From the human T2T-CHM13v2.0 reference genome, Homo sapiens: a stretch of 64,000 nt of DNA. The stretch lies in NCBI RefSeq assembly GCF_009914755.1, contig NC_060941.1. One strand, given 5' to 3'. The notes beneath the pieces are model-generated. The model searched no databases. It was not told the origin of the DNA and saw nothing but the letters and a program-made list of their open reading frames with translations. Of the stretch, positions 1 through 32,190 are shown one piece after another. The number at the start of each line of letters is the position of its first letter. The stretch's first letter is position 1. The translations under genes and the position numbers were made by a program.

Positions 1-312
<312 letters not shown>

Positions 313-734
313 TGATCCACCCGCCTCGGCCTCCCAAAGTGCTGGGATTACAGGCGTGAGCCGCCGCGCCCGGCCATCCTTCTCTTTTTGAAATTTTTTG
401 TAGACAGAATCTTGCTTTCTCACCCAGGCTAGAGTACATTGGTGCAATCACAGCTTATTGTAGCCTCAAACTCCTGGGCTCAAATGATTCTCTTGCCTCA
501 GCCTCCCAAGTAGCCAGGAATACAGGCAAGCACCATCATGCCTAGCTAATTTATAAATTTTTTTGTGGAGATGGTGTCTCACTATTTTGCCCAGTCTGGT
601 TTCCAAAGCTCAGGCAATCCTCTCACCTCAGCCCCTCACAATGTGGGGATTACAGGCATGAGCCACTGAACACAGCCCTAAATTTGTTGATTCATTTTTC
701 TCTCAATTTTTAATACTATGATTTTCTTTTTTTT

Positions 735-794
<60 letters not shown>

Positions 795-810
795 TTTTTT
801 TTTTTTTTTT
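735..810. repeat. (CTTT)n and poly-T, expanded Alu tail
   Basis: Direct reading. Confidence 0.95.
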
Positions 811-1078
811 GAGACAGAGTCTTGCTCTTTTTGCCCAGGCTGGAGTGCAGTGCCGCTGTCTTGGCTCACTGCAACCTCCGCCTCCTGGGTTCAAGCGATT
901 GTCATGCCTCAGCCTCCCTGAGTAGCTGGAATTACAGGTGCACGCCACCACGTCCAGGTAATTTTTGTATTTTTAGCAGAGTTAGGGTTTCACCATGTTG
1001 GGCAGGCTTGTCTCGAACTCCTGACCTCAAGTGATCTGCCCGCCTTGGCCTCCCAAAGTGCTGGGATTACAGGCATGA

Positions 1079-1426
<348 letters not shown>

Positions 1427-1499
1427 TAACACATTTATTATGATGTCCCTGGCGTATTGAGTCCCATTAACTTGTATAAAAACCTTTACAAAATAGTCG

Positions 1500-1603
1500 T
1501 CAATTTTATGTAACAAATGGGCATGGTTGTGTTACAAATACAACTTCATTTACAGCAACAAGCAGCAGGCTGGATCTGGTCTAAGCTCTGTAATTTGCTA
1601 ACT
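1500..1603 (+). mobile_element. MER58-like hAT-Charlie 3' fragment
   Basis: acaaatgggcatggttgtgtt...catttacagcaacaagcagcaggctggatctgg...tgtaatttgctaac resembles the MER58A 3' end. Confidence 0.65.
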
Positions 1604-1751
1604 GACTTAGGTCATTAAAGTCTAGTAAGACAGGCTGAGCACAGTGGCTTATGCCTCTGACCTCAGCATTTTGGGATGTTGGGGTGGAAGGATTGCCTGA
1701 GCCAAAGAGTTAAGAGACCAGCCTGGGTACCATAGCAAGACCCTGTCTCTA

Positions 1752-2290
<539 letters not shown>

Positions 2291-2306
2291 CTAGACTAGG
2301 AATTGA

Positions 2307-2495
<189 letters not shown>

Positions 2496-2507
2496 TAGTC
2501 AAGATGA

Positions 2508-2660
<153 letters not shown>

Positions 2661-2771
2661 TAGGAAGGACTAATTATTCAACTACTCTTCGTTTCAGTTT
2701 CTTCATCTGTAAAATTCAAGGGTTTTTTCTAGAGAACCTGTGGTCAACTCCAAAATTATATTAGGACTTGA

Positions 2772-3026
<255 letters not shown>

Positions 3027-3332
3027 TAACATAGTAACCAAATAAGATTAAGCACTTTCCTCTTCTCCTCTGACCTTTTTAGTTTCAAATGGTTAATTGG
3101 TATTATAATTAGACCTAATAGTGCAGTATTCACACACTATTTAGTGATATTTCCTACGTTCAGTGTGGGAGAAACATACCTGCTCCTTTAGCTGTTCTTG
3201 AGCCTTTTCTCAGTTACCAGCTTTCTGAGTAAACATTGATGTGCAGTTGGTGATTGGCCTTTTCTGCCTAGTACTTACTCCTAGGTTTTAATAGCGTAAA
3301 CAAACAGGAATCTGGTTATGAACAGGTGTTAA

Positions 3333-9158
<5,826 letters not shown>

Positions 9159-9611
9159 GTGCTATCAGCAGGTTCTGTAGCAGACTAAATTCGTTTAATA
9201 AACATTTATTTAGTACCTAGTATGAGCCAGGCAGGAAATATGTTAGATGCTGGTGATATTCAGGTCTACACTGATTTCTGTAACTATATATCCATTTCCA
9301 TTTTGACTTTCAGTCCTACTATGTGCCTTGAATCTTACATAATTTCAGGCTTTCAGAGTAAGGATGCCAAGTAATTTGAGGAATCATCTTTGTCTTAATA
9401 TAAGTTAACTATTTCTTGTTGCTTTTCTCACAATTTGCTTATAAATTGAACTTAATGTAATGGTGTTTGGGGCAAGTGGATAAGGTACCTTTAACTTCAC
9501 TAGGAATAAGCATTGATTTAATGTAGAAGTTTGTTGCTAGTAGTTACCTTGTTTTAATATTGTCACATGTCCATATTTTGGGGAGCACCTCTTGGCCTCT
9601 TTTCTGTACTA

Positions 9612-9855
9612 CATGTTGAGTATCCCCTGTGCTTGAGACGAGAATTCTTTTGGATTTCAGATTTTTTTTAGATTTTGGAATATTTACATTATACTTACTG
9701 GTTCTGAACATCCAAAATCTGAAATGTTCCACTGAGCATTTCCTTTGAGTGTCATGTTGGCACTCAAAAAGTTTCAGATTTCGCTTCAGACGGCGGGGGG
9801 AGAAGGTTCTGAAAAATTTTGGATTTCACATTTTTGGATTTGGATGCACAATCTA
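9612..9855. mobile_element. Tigger4a/MER46-like MITE
   Basis: catgttgagtatccc start, repeated ttttggatttcaga motifs, gagcatttcctttgagtgtcatgttggcactcaaaaagtttcag core. Confidence 0.8.
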
Positions 9856-10119
9856 TATCTCACTTTTTTGCCTGATCTGAACTATTAGACACCTACACCA
9901 GCTTCCTATAAGACAGTGAGCTGGCTTTTCATGTCCCAAGAAGTAGCAAGGCTGTAAATATGACTAAACAGGTTACATGAATTTAGATAAATATCATTAA
10001 TCCAAAGTAGTCAATAAGTAGTTGTTGGGTTTTGCATTGCCCACCCCCTCCAATAAATAAATAGTTTTAAAATAGATTCCCAACATCTCGTCTTGCAGTT
10101 TTCAAAAATATTCCTTCAT

Positions 10120-10265
10120 GCAGGAGGAGAGAGAGCATCAGGAAAAATAGCTAATGCTTGCTGGGCTTAATACTTAGGCGATGGGTCAATAGGTGCAGCA
10201 AACCACCATGGCACACATTTACCTACGTAACAAACCTCATGTACCCTGGAACTTAAAAAAAAAAA
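10120..10265 (+). mobile_element. 5'-truncated older L1PA 3' end with poly(A)
   Basis: gggcttaatacttaggcgatgggt...ggtgcagcaaaccaccatggcacac...ggaacttaaaa; degenerate TSD aaaaa(ta)ttcctt(c/t)at. Confidence 0.9.
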
Positions 10266-10304
10266 TTCCTTTATATCACTGTCAAGGATAGAATACTGAG
10301 CAGA

Positions 10305-12933
<2,629 letters not shown>

Positions 12934-13050
12934 ATGGAAGTTATTTCTTCATCTCCTACTTCTGAACAGTTTGCTTTTGGAGTGTTAGGTTGCTCTGGAT
13001 TTGTTTTTCAGTCTCATCTTCATTTGGCACCTATTTCTATTTGCATTTAG

Positions 13051-13218
<168 letters not shown>

Positions 13219-13671
13219 TAAGGTTCTGTTAACTTTTTCTTTTGTCTGTAACTTACATACTGTTGACTTGTACTTTGTTTTCTCTGTACACTGGCTTTTT
13301 AGAGCTCTTCTTAAGTTCAGAAGGATGGCGATAAACTTTTGGCCAGATTTCCGGGAAATCTGTTGAATATTTCTTAATGTCAGAGACCCTTTTTTTAAAA
13401 AACAGATTTCTTCTTTTTTTTTGTTTAAACTTTGTTTGAATTGAGATCCAAATAAGATACCCAAGTAAGGTTCATAGCTTGCAATTGATTACATCAAATC
13501 TTTTAATTTTACATTCCCCTTCTGTGTTACCTAATTTTGATTTATTTTGTTTCCTTATAATTTCATTAGAAGAAACTATTTCACTTGTCCTATCCAGCCT
13601 TTTATAGTCTGGATTTCGCAGATTGTATCCTTGTGATGATATATATGTATTTTTTAGCATGATTTTTTATC

Positions 13672-13841
13672 TTTTTGTTGTTTGAGATGGAGTCTTTCTA
13701 TGTTGCCCATTCTGGAGTCCAGTGGCTGTTCATAAGTATGATCATAGCACGCTATATCCTTGAACTCCTGGGCTCAAGCAATCCTCCTGCCTCAGCCTCC
13801 TGAATAGCTGTGACTACAGGCGTATGTTGCCATACCCAGCT
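13672..13841 (-). mobile_element. FAM (fossil Alu monomer)
   Basis: Monomer whose minus strand has GCTATGATCATACTTATGAACAGCCACTG, matching the FAM-specific GCTATGATCGCGCCTGTGAATAGCCACTG. Confidence 0.8.
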
Positions 13842-14169
13842 TATCTTTTTTACTTTTAGCAAATTGTAAATGGATTAAAGGTTGATTCCTAACCACCCAC
13901 CCAGGGTCAGGGTAGTAGACCCTGAAACTACTTTACAGTTTGTTTTGAGTACTTCTAACAAAAGTTATATAATAAGTGGTACATCAGAGTTGGAAGGTGG
14001 GGAGCAGTGGGAGCCTCTGCCCAGAGAGTACAAGCAGTAAATGAGTATGTTGTCTGTGGAGAATTTTGAAACAACAAAACAAAACAATCCAGTACAAACT
14101 AGTCAGCTTTTTATTATGGCCTTATTAGGGCAGTTCTAAATGAGCAGATTTATACACACATACCACTTT

Positions 14170-14760
14170 ACATAATACGTAATTGTCTTTTTTTGGGATG
14201 TTAACAGTTACTTGGCCATTGCCCACATCTGTTAATTAATTTGTGGTTATTTTATGATGGTCACATTCTAATTATATCATTTCTTATTGGAATACTTATA
14301 TAAAGATATCCTCCCATCTGTTTGGCTGAACTCAGGTCTAAATAATATAGAAAAGGTAGGATAAAAGTTAATTCTTCCATTTTATATAATGGTTTTCAAA
14401 ATAATGAAGTAGTTTCCTAGTATCCTTCAAAGATGACCAATGAAAAATGTTTTTGTTTTTTGGTTTTATTATGAATTCTTGGATTTAAACTTATTTCATG
14501 TATTTTAATCCATTGTGGTTATTATCCTTATTCTTGTTCAAACTGTCCAGTCTTTGGCCAGTGGGAGCTTATTCAGGTTATATTTTGAGTCCTTTTGGCA
14601 CACCATAGTAGTGTTACAGTAGAAAACATCTTGTTTTTGGTTCCAAGCTTGTCCTGTTCATTTCCTGCCCCAAACCTGGAATCATCCATTTCTCTAAGGA
14701 GTCTTAGTTCCTTTTACTGGAAAATGATATTTAGAAACTACAGTTTGTGTGTTGGGGCAT
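14170..14760 (-). mobile_element. Ancient L1M 3' region fragment
   Basis: tgtccagtctttggccagtgggagc...tcctgccccaaacctggaatcatccatttctctaaggagtcttagttccttttactggaaaatgatatttagaaac, typical of L1MC/ME 3' ends. Confidence 0.65.
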
Positions 14761-15647
14761 GGATGTTTTAAATTGGCCATGTTTGTTAATTGTATCTTAT
14801 GTTGTATGATTTATGCCCAGTCACACACTGTCCTTGACCTTTATACTTTACAATTCTGACATATATACTCCCCAGTGGAGCAAATCACTTCTTTCCATTC
14901 TTTTCCTTCCTCTATTAATGTCAGTCTTTAAGAGGAGCACTACAGGGGTTTTATTTTAAAATTCAACAGAATGATGGAGAAAGAGCATAATTTCTGTGGT
15001 AGCCTACCCAAATAAAATAAAGCTTTAGTTAAATTTTGCTGACTCAAGCTGGGTGTGTTTTTGTTCTGGACAATTTGCTTTAACAGTATTAGCATTTAAA
15101 TTGTCACAACTAGGCTCTAAAGTTAACGCCCCATTAAGATGCACGAGGAAAGTTCATAGCTCTGTTCGGTACTATTATTTCAGTCTGTGCAGCCTGCCAC
15201 CTCAGAGCAGTAGCAAACTGTTGATTACATAATGAAGATGTCTTCCCACCAAAGGACTGGAAACCAAAAGAAAAGAAAACAGAAAAACACAATTGGAAAT
15301 TAAAACTACATAAAGTTAGACATTCTTCAAAGCCCAGTGGCTCATTGAATTAAGATTTTGTTTGAGTTTTGATGTGAACTTACTACTTTGGTGATTCATG
15401 GTAGTCTCTCTGAAGATATTTTTATGGGATTTTTTATAGAGAATTGGTATGACAGTTCAGTGTGCAAATTAGAATCGAGGAGAAACTAGAAAGACTAGTA
15501 CAGCAAATTATGTCAGGAGTCTGAAAACCTAGTGGTTTTTTTTTCTTCTTTTCTTTTTTAAATGTCTCTGATTTTACCCGCTGTGACGACAACATTGCAC
15601 TTAGAACTTGATGTGGCAGTTAATGTTGAAAACAGAATTAAATTTTA

Positions 15648-18549
<2,902 letters not shown>

Positions 18550-18949
18550 AATGTAGACATTTTTTAAAGGTGATAAAGGTGATATTTTTGTTGTTGTTAT
18601 TTGGTAAACTGTTGATTATCTCTCAAAATTTTCAGTCTTATACTCTCTTCTCATCTCACAGTTTACCCTATAGGGATACTATAGGATCATCTTAGCCCTT
18701 TGTAATTACTACTAACTGAACAGAACAAAACTGGTAATAAAAACCTGTATGGGGGGATTAAAACATTTCACAAATCCAAATAATGTGGATCATTTAGGAT
18801 TATTATCCGAGTATTTTTTCTTTCCTCTGTTATAACCAGTTCTTTCTGTTCTCTGCCTTTCTGCCCTTAAAGCAGTAATGTCATATTTTCCTTTCTGCAT
18901 GCCCTGTAATGTAATAACCAAAGATTCCCCAGACCTCAGGAGGTAATAA

Positions 18950-19144
<195 letters not shown>

Positions 19145-19433
19145 TGAGTTTGGGGAAAATGAACATCTCGTTTCTGTGTCTGGCTGGTGTTGGGACTTGG
19201 CTTTTTCCTGGTCTGGGTAGTTAATGTTGTCCCAGTTTATCATGGCAACACAGAGTAGGAAAACATTTTAGTTTCGAACAGTATATGAGTTTTATCATAG
19301 CCCTTTTGTAATTTTCTCTTCTGAAGGCTTTAGACAATAGAAAACCATTTTATTTTGAACAATATATAAATTTTCTCATAGCCTTCTTGATCTTTCCATG
19401 AGAAAAAGAGAATGGAATTGTTGGCTTCATGGG

Positions 19434-25538
<6,105 letters not shown>

Positions 25539-26261
25539 AAATTCATTTATTACACTAGAATGTTGATACATTGAATATGACTTGAAACATATAAGGGTTT
25601 TACTGAAATTTGGGAACTCCTATTATAGAGAGATTTATAGTAAGATTTGACCTACTTGGTCTGATTGTATGAGAGATTCTGGACTAAGTTATACGTAGTG
25701 CTGAACTCCACAGATGAGCAAGTTGATATCCAGTCATAGAAATTCTGTGGGCAGAAAGGGGAAAGAACTAGTCTTTGGTCCTCACAAACCAAATTACACA
25801 TAAGTTGATTTTGCACAGAGATGTTTTGATCATGATACATGGTTCCATGGTTTAAGTCACCGCCTTTCCTCGACCTTCTGTATACATTAACAAGCCAGCC
25901 ATTACTGTCCTCGTCTTTATTCCCTACTGAAACTTGACCAATACTGTTCTCCTTTTTTGTTGTTATGCCAAGGAAAGACAGTATTTATATGGGAATTTAT
26001 ATAGCTGGTCTGTACCTAGTATTAGCAAGATCCTCCTTTCTCACTATGTAACTTTCGTACTTTTATTTCCTCAGACTACCATCTGCCATGATTTATTTTA
26101 CACTGCTGTTACCTACTTTTACTAACTTTTTTGGTTATTTTTGTTTTCCTTATTCTTTACATTTCCCACAGTCTTTGCCTTCCCATTTTAATCCTTTGCT
26201 CCTCCATTCATTCACTGCTGCATTCCCTTACATATTTCCCCTTTGCTTTGTCTTTTTCCAG

Positions 26262-26473
26262 CCTCCCCCACTGGCAGGATTGCCATGAGTTGTGGAGTAA
26301 GAAACGGCGACGTCAGCGACAAAGTGGTGTTGTAGTCGAAGAGCCACCTCCATCCAAAACTTCTCGAAAAGAAACTACCTCAGGGACAAGTACTGAGCCT
26401 GTGAAGAACAGCAGCCCAGCACCACCTCAGCCTGCTCCTGGCAAGGTGGAGTCTGGGGCTGGGGATGCAATAG
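26262..26473 (+). CDS. CDK12: CDK12 exon 12 (212 nt): C-terminal extension with DCHEL motif and polybasic KKRRRQR
   Basis: tttttccag|CCTCC ... AATAG|gtcagt. Encodes LPHWQDCHELWSKKRRRQRQSG...AGDAI(G). Confidence 0.97.
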
Positions 26474-27023
26474 GTCAGTGCCAGAATGGGGCCTTTGTGC
26501 TTTTGCTAAGCGTATTTGGCAGGTTTTGAAGGTCAAGTGTAAGGAGTTTGTGTGTGTGTCTGTTTTTTAGTTTTTGGTCCAGTGAACCATTAGGAAAGAG
26601 GTTAATGTCCTCATTATGGTGAGAAGGAGATTAACCAAGTTTCGTACATATGGTCCAGAAAGTCTATAATAGATCATTTTCCTTTCCTGAAATATGTACG
26701 GAACACTGTATCTCAATTAGATGTGTGGCATAAATCAGTGAATTAGGTAAGCCAAATTTAATTTAAGGTTAGTTCACCCATGACTTTATGAAACACATAA
26801 TTTGGAGCCTTGTTTATATTAGATTTGATAAGACCTTCATAGAATCTAGTAGTGTTAAATTACAATTGCTAAATGTTGTTCTATAGACTGTTATTTTGAT
26901 CTAAATGTATCTGAAACTATGTCATATTGAACTGTTATAACAAAGTAGTTCTCCTGTGTTATGACCAATTCTTCGGGACAAAAGATACTCTTTTTCTGGT
27001 TCACTTTCCCCTCTTCACTTATA

Positions 27024-27195
27024 GCAGTGGCTTTTAATACTGGCTGTATATTAGAATCATCCTGGAAGCTTTAAAAACAAATATGCCTATACGATTGCCT
27101 ATCTCTAGGGATGGGTCCTGAGGCATCTGAATAGGAGAGATTTTTAAATCTCTCTTAGTAATTCTGATGTATAATAAAGGATTGAAAATCACAGA
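27024..27195. mobile_element. MER5-like hAT-Charlie element
   Basis: cagtggcttttaatactggctgtatattagaatcatcctggaagcttt...taattctgatgtat...ggattgaaaatcacag. Confidence 0.7.
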
Positions 27196-27451
27196 ACTTG
27201 AAAAATACAGATAAAGTGAAGTCACTTTTATGCACAATCCAGAGATGTTTTAGTTATTAGTGCCTGTATTTCTTAAGCGAAAGCATAAAGAGTAACAAAA
27301 TGTGTCATGACATTTTGAGGCATGAAAAAATGAGACATTTAAAATGAAATTTCATTTTTTGGATATTGTAAGTTGCTGTTGCCAGTTGAAGAAGGCAAAG
27401 GGCCCTTGGCCTATCTCATCGTCTTATATTGGCTTCACTGTCTTTCAACAG

Positions 27452-27904
27452 GCCTTGCTGACATCACACAACAGCTGAATCAAAGTGAATTGGCAGTGTT
27501 ATTAAACCTGCTGCAGAGCCAAACCGACCTGAGCATCCCTCAAATGGCACAGCTGCTTAACATCCACTCCAACCCAGAGATGCAGCAGCAGCTGGAAGCC
27601 CTGAACCAATCCATCAGTGCCCTGACGGAAGCTACTTCCCAGCAGCAGGACTCAGAGACCATGGCCCCAGAGGAGTCTTTGAAGGAAGCACCCTCTGCCC
27701 CAGTGATCCTGCCTTCAGCAGAACAGACGACCCTTGAAGCTTCAAGCACACCAGCTGACATGCAGAATATATTGGCAGTTCTCTTGAGTCAGCTGATGAA
27801 AACCCAAGAGCCAGCAGGCAGTCTGGAGGAAAACAACAGTGACAAGAACAGTGGGCCACAGGGGCCCCGAAGAACTCCCACAATGCCACAGGAGGAGGCA
27901 GCAG
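27452..27904 (+). CDS. CDK12: CDK12 exon 13 (453 nt)
   Basis: tttcaacag|GCCTT ... GCAG|gtaaac. Encodes LADITQQLNQSELAVLLNLLQSQ...MPQEEAA, within ORF 27373..27933. Confidence 0.97.
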
Positions 27905-27933
27905 GTAAACAGACCGGTCATGAATCTCATTGA
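27905..27933 (+). CDS. CDK12: Intron 13 read-through tail (GKQTGHESH*), short CDK12 isoform
   Basis: The exon 13 frame continues across the donor to TGA 27931-27933; AATAAA at 28360-28365. Confidence 0.6.
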
Positions 27934-29004
27934 GCTCAGGTGCTGTTGATACCCTCTTAAAAATCTCTTAACATTTTTTTTCCCCCACATCAATGGCCTT
28001 GGTTTCAGTTATTCTGTAACCTAGTCTACAGGAGAACATAGCACCAAGTAATGTATTTCTTGCTTGGCTTCTTTTATTTAAGTCTCAAAGCTTCCCAAAG
28101 CACCTTTCCTATACTGATTGTTTTTCCACCTCCTAGGAGATAGGTAAGTAAAGCCCCTGTGTTCTAACCAAGGAAACCACAACCATAGCTAGTGATGCAT
28201 CTTGAACCACACATCTTGAACTGTGTGTGGTGGCCAACTAGTCCTAGCACTTGGAAATCTGACTTCCAAACAAACCATTATCAGACTATACTTCTTTACC
28301 TCTAGTGGAGTGGATGCTGAATGCCAGTCTTTCCTGGAAGATACAATCAAGAAAACCCTAATAAAATATCATTGTTAATTTCCTGAAGAATAATTTGGGA
28401 ATATTTCTAAGTAGATAATTAACACTATACATTTCTTTTCCCAAAAATAATAGTGTATAAGAACAATTCCTTTAAATCTGTTTCTGATAGAAGCAATTGA
28501 ATGGACCCCAGATCAGGAAGTGCGTGTATTATAAAGAAAAAAAAGGAAAATGGGGATAAGTTTTATGTTAATCTCACATGACCATAGCGTGCAATTTATT
28601 AGAGGGAAAAGCAGTTTAAGTTCTTTAATTCTGATTCACACTGTATTTGCAAAATCTTTACTTATGTAAAAATGTTTTTAACTCCTCGGAAATTCTCACT
28701 GTCCATGAAGACCCCATGAATTGGGGAATAAGAAGAGGCTCGAGGGCTGAAGAGATATACTAATCTTCAACTTTAGGGTCCTACATTCACATTTCATATG
28801 AGGTGGTGCAGAAAGTATATGTTTTAAGGCCTGGCCTATGGCCAGAAGTTGTTGGATTTACTTTTCAGAGGAAAGTGTAGAGTTGCCGTAACTAATTATT
28901 GCAGTCACCCCTGGATTATTCAGCTGATGCCTCTACAGTGGCTCACTTGTTCTTGTTTCTCCCCTGCTATCTCTATTTGGCCATTTCACTGTTAATTAGC
29001 ACTT

Positions 29005-29018
29005 CCACCAGAGGGCAG
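29005..29018 (+). promoter_or_regulatory. CTCF core motif in intron 13
   Basis: CCACCAGAGGGCAG matches CCASYAGRKGGCRS. Confidence 0.6.
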
Positions 29019-29117
29019 ACTGTATAAACCAGAGAAGGTGACAGCCTATTAATTGGGCTGCTGTTTTACTATTCTGTACTTACTGGGAAGGGTGATAAGT
29101 TGAAATCAAATGAGTAA

Positions 29118-30222
<1,105 letters not shown>

Positions 30223-30688
30223 TTTGCTACTTTGGAATAGAATTTTTATTTTACACATATGAAAGAATTTGACCTCAAGTGTTAGTTCTGTTGAAACATA
30301 ATTAGGCTATTTACATAAAAGGCAAAGTTTGAATACAAAAAAATGGCATAGCTGGAAGAATGTAAGTTTAGATTATCTCACTTTTACAGTTACACATTTT
30401 TAAGTTATTTGACCTCGGTATTAAAAATCCTCGTGTTCCATTTTATGTGTAGTCCAGAAATACTTTTTAAATAACTGGTACAGTGATGTCCTTATATAGA
30501 GAGTGTTGAAAGCAAAAGGCTCTGAAATCTATCATTACTTGTAGTCCAGTTTGCCCTCCTTTTTCAGCATGTCTACTCTCCATGTTCAAAATTTTCCATG
30601 GCTAATTTTTTGTCCTTAAATTCATTTTCCCCTGCCACCCTGTCAACCAGCCAATCAGTCAACAAATAACTTGGGTGGGTACTATACA

Positions 30689-30793
30689 TAGGGTCACCAA
30701 TTCATTCCTGAACTGTCCCGGTTTTAAAGCTGAACGTTGACAACCTGGAAAACCCCCTCAGTCCCAGACAAACTGGGACTGTTGGTCACCCTG
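30689..30793. mobile_element. MER94/MER81-like hAT-Blackjack MITE
   Basis: Imperfect terminal inverted repeats tagggtcaccaa ... ttggtcaccctg; internal gtcccggtttt and gtcccagacaaactgggac. Confidence 0.75.
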
Positions 30794-32190
30794 CTTGGAT
30801 GTTACATGTAACACCTGACCATCTTTTGTACTGTACAACCTTACAATTTTGTAGTGTTTTCAGAGTGCTTTCATCTGCATGCTAAGGGAATACAAACTTA
30901 ATTACTGATTGTCTTTGCAAAATATAATTAAGGTAAATATGCTACAAAAATATCTAATTATAACTAAAAACTGTTTTTGGCTTGTTTTGAGTAATGACTT
31001 TACATCACAGCTTAGATAATTGAAGAATGACTATATATATATTTTAAAATATGCTTCCATAGGGAAAAGAAAAATCGGTCATTTGGAAGATATCCCAAAA
31101 CATTAAATCTTTTCTTCAGCAGGATGACTCTCAATTTTCTAAAGGCATTGTTCTACCATACTTCTGTCTCAGTGGTTTTCTTTGTCCTCAAACTCATACC
31201 ATTTTACATCTCTCCTCTCCTGCCTTGGCAGGAGTTCATTATCAGACAATGTTTATCATGCTTAAGCACATTTAGGCAGCAGTGGAAAAAAGAAAGTCTG
31301 GTGGAAGTAGTTCAAGAAAGACAAAAGATCTTTGTAAAGACAGAGTATAGTATGAATTTAATATATTTCTAAATATTTAGTTCTTGTCACCGTCTCCAAG
31401 ATAAACAGATGTTTATCAACAGTTCATTCTGCATGACACTGCTATAGTGATTTTTTTTCATAGCATGGAAAAAAATGCAGTAGTTAGGAAAACAAAATAG
31501 AAAATTATGATAGAAATTAGTCTTTAAAATTACTGTAACATAGGAAGCTGAATGATAATATGGTAGTTACAATCCTTTCAGACTATGATTTTGGGGAGAC
31601 GTGACTAAAGTTTGGAGAAGCAAGTGTATTTTTATACATGACAGTAATGAAAACTTTTTACTTTATTTTATCTCTCCTATATATTCTTTAAGTTTTATTT
31701 CAGGTTAACCTATGTCATCAAACATTCTGTAAAATGTGTTAGCCAAGTCCATGCAAGGTCTCTGTTGTAGAGCAAGATTATGTCCTAGAAATGTGACCAC
31801 AGCATGTATATTGTTCCCTCTCATCTTCCTTCCTTCTGCTTTGTTTTAATGTTTCCATCTAACAGCAAAAAGGGGCAGGGAGTCTGCCAACAGCCTGCAT
31901 GTTAGAACAGTTCTTTAAAGGAAGGAAATGGAGGAAATCTTAGACCAAAATCAGGATAATCATTTGAAACATATGATATTTTTACACTAGCTGTTAGATC
32001 CAGGATGCAACTGTTTTACTTTTAATCACTTGATTTATTTATAATTGCAATTTTCTGATCCCAAGATTTTATTCTTTATATATCTGGTTACTTATATTGA
32101 TATTTGTTTATGTTGCACAGTGTGTGTGTTTGTGTTTATAATCACATGTGCTTTTTAAGATGGTGTTTAAAAGAAGTAACCCTTCCACAG

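Noticed and set aside
27386-27451. In-frame acceptor 66 nt upstream of exon 13
   Set aside because: Poor polypyrimidine tract; the open frame alone is insufficient.
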